Below are positions 34,640 through 45,430 of a stretch of 64,000 bases of DNA, in pieces. Numbering within the stretch: the first letter of the stretch is position 1; each line of letters opens with the position of its first letter. The position numbers were made by a program, and so were the translations under genes. The DNA lies in contig NC_068995.1 in assembly GCF_001194135.2 (NCBI RefSeq), positions 24,491,514 to 24,555,513 on the forward strand. Direction: 5' to 3'. The notes beneath the pieces were generated by a model. That model saw only the letters and a program-made list of their open reading frames with translations, was not told the origin of the DNA and did no database searches. This DNA comes from Octopus bimaculoides (lineage: Eukaryota).

Positions 34640-36870
34640 TTTTAACCTATACTCCAGGCCAGAGGGATGTCAAGAAGCAGACCAATCTGGAAAAGAAGGA
34701 TTTGGAAGCTTAAGGACTCTTCATATGGTCAGAGATTTAGGGACATCCTAATTGAGAAATTTGATGAGATGGAGGAGGAGCTACAAACTTATGACACAGA
34801 GGGCAACTGGGAATTCCTGTGAGACAGCTTGCTGAGTACCACAGACCAAATCTGTGGCTGGTGCAAAGTCACTTCCAGACCTAGGGTAACTGGTGGTGGA
34901 ACAATACTGTGGACAGGGCCATTAGAGCAAAGAAACAGGCCTGGAAGAGTGGGGGCAGCAGGGAACTGTATCAGATAGCCAAAAGAGAAGCTAAGAGACA
35001 GGTATATCTAGCCAAGGGAGAAGCAGAAAAGAAGTTTGCCTATGTTCAGTATCATGAGGATCAAAGAACTGATGTATTTTGGATAGCGAGACAGTGTGTG
35101 AGAGAAAATTGTGATGTCATAGGAGAGCAATGTATCCGCATAGATGATGGTGCACTTGCATTTAATGATTCTGCAAAGAAAGAGGCTTGGAGATGCCATT
35201 ATGAAAGACTACTGAACATGGAGAATGCATGGGAGAAGGAAATTCTGCAAATATTGACCCAGAGGGACCAGCTACCTGAATCGACAGTACCCTGGTAGAT
35301 AAAGCAATTAAGGATATGAAGACAGTGAAAGCCCCCGGCCCATCGGGAATCGCCGCTGAGATACTTAAAATATCTGGCGGTATGGGTTATGGTCTAGTCA
35401 CCCATATTGTAAATCGGGTAGTTCATGAAGGAGTCATACCGAATGACTGGCATAGCAGCACCATAGTCAACTGCTACAAAGGTAAAGGTGATGCCTTAGA
35501 TAGAAATAATTACAGAGGTATCAAATTGTTGGATCAGGTGATGAAAGTTATGGAGAGAGTCATAGCCCAATTAATTAGGGAGAGAGTTAGTCTAGATGAG
35601 ATGCAGTTTGGTTTTGTGCCAGGTAGAAGCACCACTGGTGCTATATTTCTGGTAAGGCAACTGCAGGAGAAATACAGAGCCAAAGATAAACGTATGTACT
35701 TGGCTTTTGTTGACTTTGAGAAAGTTATTGACAGGGTCCCCCCAATCCCTTATCTAGTGGTCAATGCAGAAACTAGGGATAGACAAGTGGTTGGTCAGAA
35801 CCGTACAAGTTCTGTACAGGTTCACTACCAGTAAGGTGAGGGTGGGCAATGGGTACATCAAAGAATTCTGGGTACAAGTTGGGCTTCATCAAGGATTGGT
35901 GCTCATCTCCCTCTTGTTCATCATACTCCTCCAAGCAATAACAGAAGAATTCAAGACAGGCTACTCCTGGGAGCTCCTCTATGGTGATGACCTTGTTCTT
36001 AGCTGAATCACTACCTGAACTAGAGAAGAAGTCCTAGGTATGGAAGCAAGGTCTAGAATCAAAAGACTTAGAGTTAACCTTGCAAAAACCAAAGTATGAG
36101 TAAGTAGGAAAGCAGACAAATCACAGATCGCTTCAGGGAGATGGCCCTGCTCAATCTGTAGAGAAAGTGTAGGTAGAAAATCCATAAGATGCACCCAGTG
36201 TAAGCTTTGGAGACACAAAAGGTGCAGCAACATCAGCGGAAGGTTAACAGAGAAACTAACTTTCGAATGTGGAAGGTGCACAGGTACAAATAAATGTTGA
36301 AAATATGCATCAACTGCCAGCAGGGCAAGCTAGAGGTAGTAGATAGCTTCCGTTACCTAGGTGGTCACATTAGTAGTGGAGGTGGATGCTCTGAGAATAA
36401 GATTAGGCAGTGCAAGGTTCAGAGAGCTCCTACCCCTCTCTCTCAGAGTGAAAGCAGATTGTTGGATGTCTGTGTGTGAACAGCTATGCTGCATGGCAGT
36501 GAAACATGGGCTGTGGCAGCCGAGGACATGCATAGGCTTGAAAGAAACGAAGCCAGTATGCTTCGCTGGATATGCAATATCAGTGTGCATGTTTGACAGA
36601 GTGTAAGCATCTTAAGAGAAAACAGGCATCAGATGTGGTTTGCAAGAGAGACTGCACTGGTATGGTCATGTGATATATATGGACGAGGACAGCTGTGTAA
36701 AGAAGTGCTGATCTCTAACTGTGGATGGAACCTGTGGTAGAGTTAGACCCACTAAGACATGGGAAAAGGTGGTGAAGCATGATCTTCGAGCTTTGAGCCT
36801 CACAGAGGCAATGACTAGTAACCAAGATCTTTGGCATTGTGCTGTACTTGAGAGGACCCATCAAGCCAAG
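34640..36870 (+). mobile_element. RTE-clade LINE, 5'-truncated, with frameshifts
   Basis: KAPGPSGIAAEILK...IPNDWHSSTIVNCYKGKGDALDRNNYRGIKLL...QFGFVPGRST...LAFVDFEK; GLHQGLVLISLLF...LLYGDDLVL; downstream zinc finger CTQCKLW..KRCSNI. Confidence 0.92.
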
Positions 36871-36871
36871 T

Positions 36872-37010
36872 GGAGGCAAAGTGGCCGAGTTCCTTTCAAG
36901 CATCGGGGCTGATGGAGGCAAAGTGGCTGAGTTTCTATTGAGTGTTGGGCCTCACAGAGGCAAAGTAGCTGAGTTCCTTTCAAGTGCTGGGCCTCATGAA
37001 GGCAATGACC
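36872..37010. repeat. ~42-bp tandem repeat x3 at the RTE 3' end
   Basis: Unit ~GGAGGCAAAGTGGCTGAGTTCCTTTCAAGTGTTGGGCCTCAT. Confidence 0.8.
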
Positions 37011-37189
37011 AAGACCTTTGGCATTATGTCTCTTTCTAAACTATAGTAATGAGATGAGCCAATCCAACAACATCATCATCAAACAAGGCATCTTTTAAAG
37101 TGACTTCTTCTCTCCATTACTTTTTGGCATGACACTGATCCCATTCACAAATGAATTGAATAACACTGGATATGGGTACAAAATTTGTA

Positions 37190-37870
37190 AGAAGATGATA
37201 AACTAGCTTTTTTACATGGATGATATGAAGCTGTTTGCAGGGAATGACAAAGAACTAGAAGAGCTGCTAACAACTGTTAAAGAGTTTAGCAATGACATCA
37301 GGAAGAATTTTGGCATCAATAAGTGGTCTAAAGCAACTTTTGTAAGAAGCAGGCTCAGACAAAGTGTCCATTAAATTAGGTATTGCACTACCATCAAGGA
37401 ACTTGACCCACAAGGAACTTATAAATATCTGGGAATAAACAAAGATGGCATGAGTCATACCACTATGAATTAAAATAAGAAGTACTGCAAGAGAATAAAA
37501 CTTGTACTGAAGACTGAATGTAACTCTAAAAATCATATTGAAGCCATTAACACCTTAGAAAATCCAGTTGTCCTGTGCAGTTTTAACATCATTAACTGAA
37601 ATCCTATGGAACTTCAATGCATAGACAGGAAGGCAAGGAAATTATTGACATCTAATAACATGCACTACCCTCAGGCAGATGTTGACTGTCTCTACCTACC
37701 TAGAAGCAGTGGGGAGAAGAAGAATGATGCAAAATAGAACTCTGCTATAAAACCTCCATTCTAGGAATGAACAGTTGTGGCTTGTATGCAAACATGAAAT
37801 CAAAAACTCTACCTTCTATTATAGGTGCCTAGGTATGACAAAAAAGGGATGTCAGAAACATCTAGACATC
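37190..37870 (+). mobile_element. R4/Dong-clade RT fragment, degraded
   Basis: LFYMDDMKLFAGNDKELEELLTTVKEFSNDI..FGINK...YKYLGI...MHYPQADVDCLYLPRS.G. Confidence 0.75.
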
Positions 37871-38229
37871 CCAGAAATCAAAAAAAGTTTTAGAAGTATT
37901 GCCCATATCCTTAGAAAAACCCTATCAATTTAAATGTTTGTGTTGTATTTCATGAGTGTATTTCTGTACTGCCCCTACAAGCTTTCAGTTATGTTTCAAC
38001 ATCTCATAATCTTCAATTTCCCAAGGGCGCTAGGTCTGTCCCTGAAGGTGATTATATCAAGCGTGTAGATTAAAAACAGTATAATAATAATAATAGTTTT
38101 CTTTATTAACCACTAAGAATTCACAAAAAACATTGGAGACTATACAGAACAGCACGATGTGGAATTACATAAAAGGCATGTTAAAAGTTAAAAACAATAA
38201 CAATATAAATTGTAACAATGAATAACTCC

Positions 38230-39305
38230 ACAAAAGAAAGATATTTCTTATGGCTGCCCATGGAGACCTCACAAAACCACTGTCACCCTGACCACTAAAG
38301 CAAGTGTCCTCTCCACATTGTCCTCCTTCACCCTACAGGCACATGCTTAGAGTAGGCCTATTCACTTGGACCATTCTTGCAACATTCACCCACATTTTAA
38401 CAAAATTGCTGGGAGGCAGCATTTTCCTCTCTACTCTCACTTTCCTTTTCAAATGAAACTTTAAAAAGTTGATGAGTGCTTGACCAAAGAGGAAAGTATC
38501 TCTTTCTCAGCTTTTCCAATCTGGTCCACCACAACTTCTTTCACTAAGGCCATCGCACAAAGAAACACTGCCTGCATTCACAACCAAAGGAAGGTGGCAG
38601 GACAATCTTCACAATGGACTCAGCCAATATCATAATCAATCCTATGCATGACAGCAGGTGTTTGGCATAAACCCACAAGTGTGTGCAGAACAATTTAGTT
38701 GTTCTGCACACATCCTAGACAAGTCTGGTTGATGGCACTTCAATACTTCAATACTTCCTGAGCTGGAAATGCCCCCCTCCCCAGTAGCACTGTCAGGCTA
38801 AGTATACTGGAAATTATTGGCTTGAAAGTCTTCTGGAACAGACCAGCCAGTTGATTCTTGTTGATGCTCAGTCCTCCCAAGAATGTTGTCACGCTTTCCT
38901 GCTGGTAACTCTCTGTAGAATGCCAGAGTGGAACTTCCACTAACTGCATTGCATGACTGATGGAGAACTGATGATACACTAGGTACCAAGCACCCTGCCT
39001 TGGTCTATGCCTGATCTGGGACTGCAGCTCAATCAAAGAGATGAACTGTGGAAGAGTGAGTCTGACAAACGGGGACCACACCTGCTCATGGAGACCTCAC
39101 AAAACTATGGTCACCTTGATTGCTAAGGTTGGTGCCCTCTCTATATTGTCCTCCTTCAGCCTACAGGTTCACTTGGACCATTCTTGCAACATTCACCCAC
39201 ATTTTAACAAAATTGCTGGGAGGTAGCACTTCCTTCTCTACTCTCACTTTCCTTTTCAAGTGAAACTTAAAAAAGTTGATGAGGGCTTGGCCAAAGAGGA
39301 AGCAC
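38230..39305 (-). mobile_element. L1/Tx1-type LINE 3' fragment with internal ~230-bp duplication
   Basis: Minus strand GQALINFLKFHLKRKVRVERKMLPPSNFVKMWVNVARMV. Block 38260-38494 is repeated at 39088-39301. Confidence 0.6.
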
Positions 39306-41282
39306 ATCAACAGCCATGGCATGCCTGGCCCTCCATTCAGTGGGTATTGACAGACAATGGAGCACCTGACAAGTGGAACATATCTCTTTCACAGAAAGTG
39401 AAAGAGTATGTGCTCCAGTTTGGTCAGACATAAACTAGTACAAAGCACAAAGGTCAAATGATTATATATAATGGAGGCAAGGTAAGCATTTGTCACGCCT
39501 GCCCGACCTTTCAGATATTTCACCATGTCCCAGTTCTTCTCCACCTGAAGATTTGGATGGAACCAGACCCCGAGCAATTTAACTGGTCCCTCTGTTCAAC
39601 ATCCCACAACATTATTGGACTAGCAGTTAATAAGCTCCATGAGAAGCTACACTTCCCATGGAACTTATTTCAGGAGAAACCATGTTAGTAGCAATTATTT
39701 TGTCAGCTGTATTCCTGAAGTTGAATATCTCTATGAAAAGAGACAGTATTGAAAAGAAAAGAGACAGTACATCAATAGTAGTATCAATAATCAAAATATA
39801 CAAAGTATTCACATCTGGAAATTCACATTCTAAATCCCTGCATTTTGTATTCAATTTTTCAAAAGTTGATGTACCAAAATAAAAGGTGTTGATGTTTAGT
39901 GTTCAACATTTTTGCATGTTTAAAGGAAATTAATTTCAATTTTTATAAGTGGTGAACCTTAATGTCTGTTGCTTTCCTCTTTGTAATATTAAGCAATTGA
40001 AAAACCAAATTTAACTAGTTACCATATATTCCTACATAGAAGTCGAATTTTTCAGACCAAAGTTTACAGTCAGAAAAAGTAAATCAACTCGTACATCAAG
40101 AATTGCAGCAGATAGTGAGGATGTATAAATGTTTATACATGTTTACGTAATATACTGTGCCAACTTGTATACTAGAAAATATGGAATGAAGATAGTCTGT
40201 GCTAGGAGGCTTTCATATAGGTAAAATTTGACTTGAGCCTGCCAATTAACAAATCACTCATCAATGCTCCTTGTATGATCTGCAAACTTTTCTATCCACA
40301 GTATCTACTTACAAATTGTCTAGGCTAAGCCATTAAGAATTAAATGTCTTAGTAATTTAAACATTTGAGTTTATAAAATGTTGTTCAAGTTTACCATATT
40401 TTGATGTTTAACTCACCATATTTCAGGACCTTTGGTACAATACTAATTCTGTTCTTTTATTATTTTAATATTGCAGTTGGGAATTAATAGCAAATTCACT
40501 CTGTCACTACCTACAGGTATAGCATAGTGGATAAAGGCATTGGTCAATGCAGTACAGTCAGCTAGAAGTTCTGAGTTCAAAAACACCTGAAGAAGGTTGA
40601 ACTGTACAACAGCTGAAACGTGAAGGCAACTATCAAGATGAGGACCCCCATCCAACTAATGTAAACAATGTACATAATATAAAATTCCTCATCTCAGAAA
40701 TATAGAATTGTACTTTGTAAGTTGGTGTAGGACAAATATCAACAAAGGATTTGATTCAGAAAACACTTTTATTTTATTCAGCTTTCTCATTGATATGTTT
40801 GACATCACTGAGGCATCCAATGTGCATTGACAAAGGATACACCCCCACCCTGTCTTCCTCACAATTTCCAAATGAAACTCCACTTGTAAGTCATTGGTCA
40901 ACCCAAGGCTGTATTGTAAGTCACTTGCCAAGGGATTCTATCTGAATCCATGTGGTTGCAAAGCAAACTTCATAGCCATGCAGTGATACACACAGACTAC
41001 AACAGCGAGCTATTACTCTGAAATGTACTCTAGCTAACAATGCTTCTGGTTATAAAGACTATGTTTTTTTTTTTATAAAACATTGTTGTACAGATGATGA
41101 TGGTGGTGGCAGCAACACTGATAATGATTTAGTGTCCATGTTCCATGCTAGCATTGGTTGGATGGTTTGATGGGATCCAAGGGGCCTAACACCTGCATCG
41201 TAGCCCAGTGTCTGCTTTGGCTTCGGTACTAAAAGTTTGAATTGATATATGAGTTTCTGATATTGTACACTTACAAAGACAG

Positions 41283-41700
41283 TGAGCTGGCAGAATCGTT
41301 ACCTCGCTGGACAAAATGCTTAGCAGCATTTCTTCTGTCTTTATGTTCTGGGTTCAAATTCTGCCAAGGTTTATTTTGTCTTTTATCCTTTCAGCAGGTC
41401 AACCAGTTGAGTACTAGACTGTAATAGACTTACCCGCTCCTCCAAAATTGCTAACCTTGTGCCAAAACTTGAAACCAATCTTGTACTTTTACAAGGGCAG
41501 AATCATTTCTACATTGGACAAAATGATAAGCAGCATTTCTTCCATCTTTACGTTGAGTTCAAATTCTGCAGAGGTTAACTTTGCCTTTCATCCTTTCAGG
41601 GTCGATAAAATAGGTACCAATTTAGTACTGGGGTCAATGTAATAGACTTACTCCCTCCGCTAAAATTTCTGGCTTTGTGCTAAAACTTGAAACCATTATT
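41283..41700 (+). mobile_element. Two tandem SINE family B copies immediately upstream of a TERB2 exon
   Basis: Two head-to-tail family B units (41283-41480 and 41495-41700). Confidence 0.8.
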
Positions 41701-41766
41701 GTATGTACATTTACTTATTCAGCCTTTGGACTTTCATTTACTGTTTTTCCTTATGTTCTGTCACAG

Positions 41767-41860
41767 AATGATGAAGAAACATGTATAAAATATAGACAAC
41801 AGCAGCCTATGGCATGTTCACATTCGCAAGCATCATCTCAATCCAGTGAGGAAACAAATG
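41767..41860 (+). CDS. TERB2: TERB2 penultimate exon
   Basis: ttatgttctgtcacag|NDEETCIKYRQQQPMACSHSQASSQSSEETN-G|GTAAGG, phase 0 to 1, compatible with both neighbours. Confidence 0.75.
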
Positions 41861-42959
41861 GTAAGGATGGTTGTTTCTTTCAAATATTCTAGTATGTGTC
41901 ATGATTTTATGGCTGTGATTTAGCTATTTGTGTTATTTTGAAACCTGGTTTTATTTTATAAAATTTTTGAGGAGTAATATAGTAATGTAATAAACCAGAA
42001 ATATTTTTAAACAGTTGTAATTATTCTTGTTATGAGAAGAAAAGTCATCAGTGTTAATAAGAATTCTTTTGAAAAAAAAACACTGAGGGAAGAAACTCCA
42101 AAATTTAAATTGACTAAAAATTAAATGTAGTTTTGTATTAAGTAGAATTAAAAGATATCCCAACGTGACATGTAATCACGGGGATGTGAGTTCGAGTCCA
42201 CAGCTAGCCACCTACACTTTTCTCTGCAAAATAGGGATAGTTTACCCTGTTCAGGCTATATTATTAGCATTATTCTGCGATTGAGAATTTAAAATCACTT
42301 CTTTAACTTTCTAAAAAAGACATCTCAACGCTTCTAAAAGCAAACTTCGTTTGTTTATTTACGTTTGTCGTAATTTGAATTTAACATAAGATATTGTATT
42401 ATTTTTCAGAGTAATGTAAGACAGTGACATTGTTGACAATTTTATGAAGTGTGATAGTACCATGTAGTCATGATATGAACTGCAGTTGTGAATAGTAGGA
42501 CATAGTTACAACAAAAATTGATAAAAATGTATGTTGGTTGGGTCACAATAACAGATTCCCCAGACAACTACTTTACTTCCAACTATGCAAGGGAAAAAAA
42601 AACTATAGAAGATATAGACTGAAATTCAAAGATATTGCAAAAAAGGAATTTGAAGTGGAAAGGAATTGATCATAATAAATGATCAGTATGGAGAAAGCTT
42701 ATCAAGTCGTGCCAAAGACAAGAACAGCCATAGTCATGACAACTGACTACAAATCCATCAGTCATGAAGATTTGTGTAGTGTTTTGAGAATTCCGATATT
42801 GTAACACTTCAGAATCTTAGTTTCCCTCTATAGTTTTCTGTTTTTTTTAAATTTTTAAATTTTTCTCTATTATGATCTGTTTTTTGCTTTGAAGAAATTT
42901 AATGAAAGCAATGTAAATCTCCTTTCTGAAACTGCACATCTATGGGCTCCACTTACGTC

Positions 42960-43190
42960 TCATCTCTTGGGTTGGTAGCTTCATGTTAGATTATACTAAT
43001 GGTATGTGTGACAATAATGGAACTTTTTTTGTTCCTCATTCAATCAACTCTGGTATCCCCCATGATTTGGTTTTGTCCTGATTCTCTTCTTTCTATTCAT
43101 AAATGACTTACCTGCCATTACATCCAACAATGCCTACTTTTATGCAGATGATACTAACTTTCATTTCTCCTTAGCTTTCCCCAGCCATGT
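42960..43190 (+). mobile_element. CR1/L2-type RT fragment
   Basis: INSGIPH..VLS.ILFFLFINDLPAITSNNAYFYADDT. Confidence 0.7.
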
Positions 43191-43550
43191 ACTGTCCACT
43201 GTCCACTAAATTTATTACTATAAAAGGTAAAACCCCTTTCAGTCATGAATGACCGTGGGATTGCACCTAGAAAATTACCCTCTGAGGCACAAGTCCTGGC
43301 AGAGTTGTTTATGGAAGACCAGCAGTCAGCCATGTATACCAGCCTCTCCTCTCCATGTCACCGATGTTATCCAAGAAAAGGACAAAGGCTAATATAGCTT
43401 GGCACCACTGATGTTGCAACTTATTTCTTCATCTAAGTGAACTGGAGCGACATGAAATAAAGTGTCTTGCTCAAGAACACAACACACTGCCGGTCCAGGA
43501 ATCGAACTCACTACCTCTAACCATTGAGCTATGTGCCTTCACTACTATAC

Positions 43551-43581
<31 letters not shown>

Positions 43582-43589
43582 ACAGTATA

Positions 43590-43980
43590 TAGGTGTAGCT
43601 GAGTGATAAGATGTTTGCTTGTCAACCACATGATTTTGAATTCAATCCTGCTGCATGATGCCTTGGGCAAGTGTCTTCAGCTATAGCCCTGGACCAAACA
43701 AAACTTTGTTAATGAATTTGATTGACAGAAATTGAAAGAAGCTCATCATATATATGTCTGTGTGTTTGTGTTTATTGCCCACCACCACCACTTGACAACT
43801 AGTGTTGGTTTATTTATGTCCCCATAACTTAGCAATATGGTAATAAAAGAAACTGACAAAATAAGTACCAGACTTCAGAAAATAAATAATTCTTGTGATA
43901 GATTTGTTCAATTAAAAACCTTCAAGGCAGTGTTCCAGCATGGATGTAGCCCAATGACTGAAAGAAGTAAAAGATATAAA
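43590..43980 (+). mobile_element. SINE family A (full length, CpG-decayed)
   Basis: Family A head, body and tail. Confidence 0.8.
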
Positions 43981-44135
43981 TTTTGCATGTATGTTCATCC
44001 TCATCATTTAACATCCGCCTTCCTTACTGGCATGGATTGAACAAAGTTATGTTTATAAATGTGAATGTGTATATGCACATGCACACACTCCCTCATAGTC
44101 ATGTTGTGTTGATCTAATGTTATTTATTTCCATAG

Positions 44136-44230
44136 ATATTGTCAGTATAATGGAATTAGAGAAGGTATCAGGCCATTTGGAATTATTTATCCCAGGAAAA
44201 GGTGGATATCAAGTGCTGTATAAATCATAA
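44136..44230 (+). CDS. TERB2: TERB2 last coding exon (MAJIN-binding C-terminal motif)
   Basis: tttccatag|(D)IVSIMELEKVSGHLELFIPGKGGYQVLYKS*. Matches recalled human GYISIDAMKKFLGELHDFIPGTSGY. Confidence 0.92.
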
Positions 44231-44473
44231 TTCAAAGTCAGCATTATTTTTGTTTATTTGTTTCATTTATTCTTTTTTGTTTACTTTTGTTTTTTTAAAT
44301 CTCATTTTTACGAACTGACGATGACTTGTTTTGTATTCTTCTGAAGATGCTGCATAAATACTGAACAATTTCATTATAATTGCTTTGTTTATATTCTTTT
44401 TTTTATTTATTTATTTACTGTTTATTATGTGACAAAATTCAATATACCAGCTGAAGATTTTCATTTGAGAGAG

Positions 44474-44479
44474 AATAAA
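44474..44479 (+). terminator. Candidate polyadenylation signal of TERB2
   Basis: First AATAAA after the stop codon (244 nt downstream), followed by T-rich sequence. Confidence 0.5.
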
Positions 44480-45159
44480 TGAAATCTTTTAAAATCTATG
44501 TTTTCAATTTTTGTCTTAGTTATCAATCAATATTCTTTGGAATCCTGTTCAGTTATTGATCTGATTTTAATATGTTGATGGGATGTAAATTCTCATCAAA
44601 TAGAGTCTATGATTGTTTTCATTCACTCCATCTTGAATTTTTTTGGTAAAAATATGAACACCACATACTCTCATTTCCCCCACTCTAATATAACTCTTTA
44701 AACCAATATTTAGAAATCTATTTTTTATGTGAAAAGCACCCAGGCTACACGGTAAAGTGGTTGACATTTGGAAGAACATCCAGCTGTAAGACCATGCCAG
44801 AATAAACCTCGCTGGTGCTGGTGCCACATGAAAAGCATCCAGGCCACTCTGTAAAGTGGTTAGTGTCAGGAAGTTATTCAACCATAAAAACCATGCCAAA
44901 TCAAGCAGTGGAGCCTAGTGCAGTCTTCTGCCTTGCCAGCTCCTGTCAAACCAGAGACCTGTCTGTGGATTCAGTTGGGGTTGTGCGATAGGCAAAAAGT
45001 AAATGATCCAGTTTAGTCTAGAGGTTTTCGGTACTTCGCTGTTTTGTTCCATTCTTAATTGGTGGAGTTGGGCTATTGCTTGTTAATTGTGCTGGATTAC
45101 TGGGTTCAATACTCATGTATGCTCAACTAGCATGTGTCCAACTTTTAACTCAACTGGCA

Positions 45160-45430
45160 CTCTGTTGGTTACGACAACAAGTGTTCCAGTTGATCCAATC
45201 AATGGAACAGCCTTCTTGTGAAATTACCATGCAAGTGACTGAGCACTCCACAGATACACATATCCATAATGTAGTTCTCAGGGAGATTCAATGTGACACA
45301 GAATGTGACAAGGCTGACCCTTTTGAAATATAGGTACAACTCCTTTTTGCCAGCTCAAGGACACAGTGCACTGCCAAGTATCGAATTCATGGCCTCACTA
45401 TTGTTAGCCAAATACCCTGACCACTAGAGC
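45160..45430 (-). mobile_element. SINE family C
   Basis: Reverse complement of the core at 400-573. Confidence 0.75.

Noticed and set aside
39458-39882. Overlapping short ORFs in unique-looking sequence within a TERB2 intron
   Set aside because: All frames are interrupted by stops, with no consistent splice sites or recognisable motif; probably degraded repeat.
42410-42415. Good acceptor (tattatttttcag) that would end TERB2 as E-stop
   Set aside because: It would delete the conserved MAJIN-binding exon at 44136-44230, and the downstream sequence looks like degraded repeat.
44310-44490. CTGACGA and CTGAAGA...GAAA motifs in the TERB2 3' UTR resembling hammerhead cores
   Set aside because: No compatible stem I, stem II or GUH arrangement could be built.
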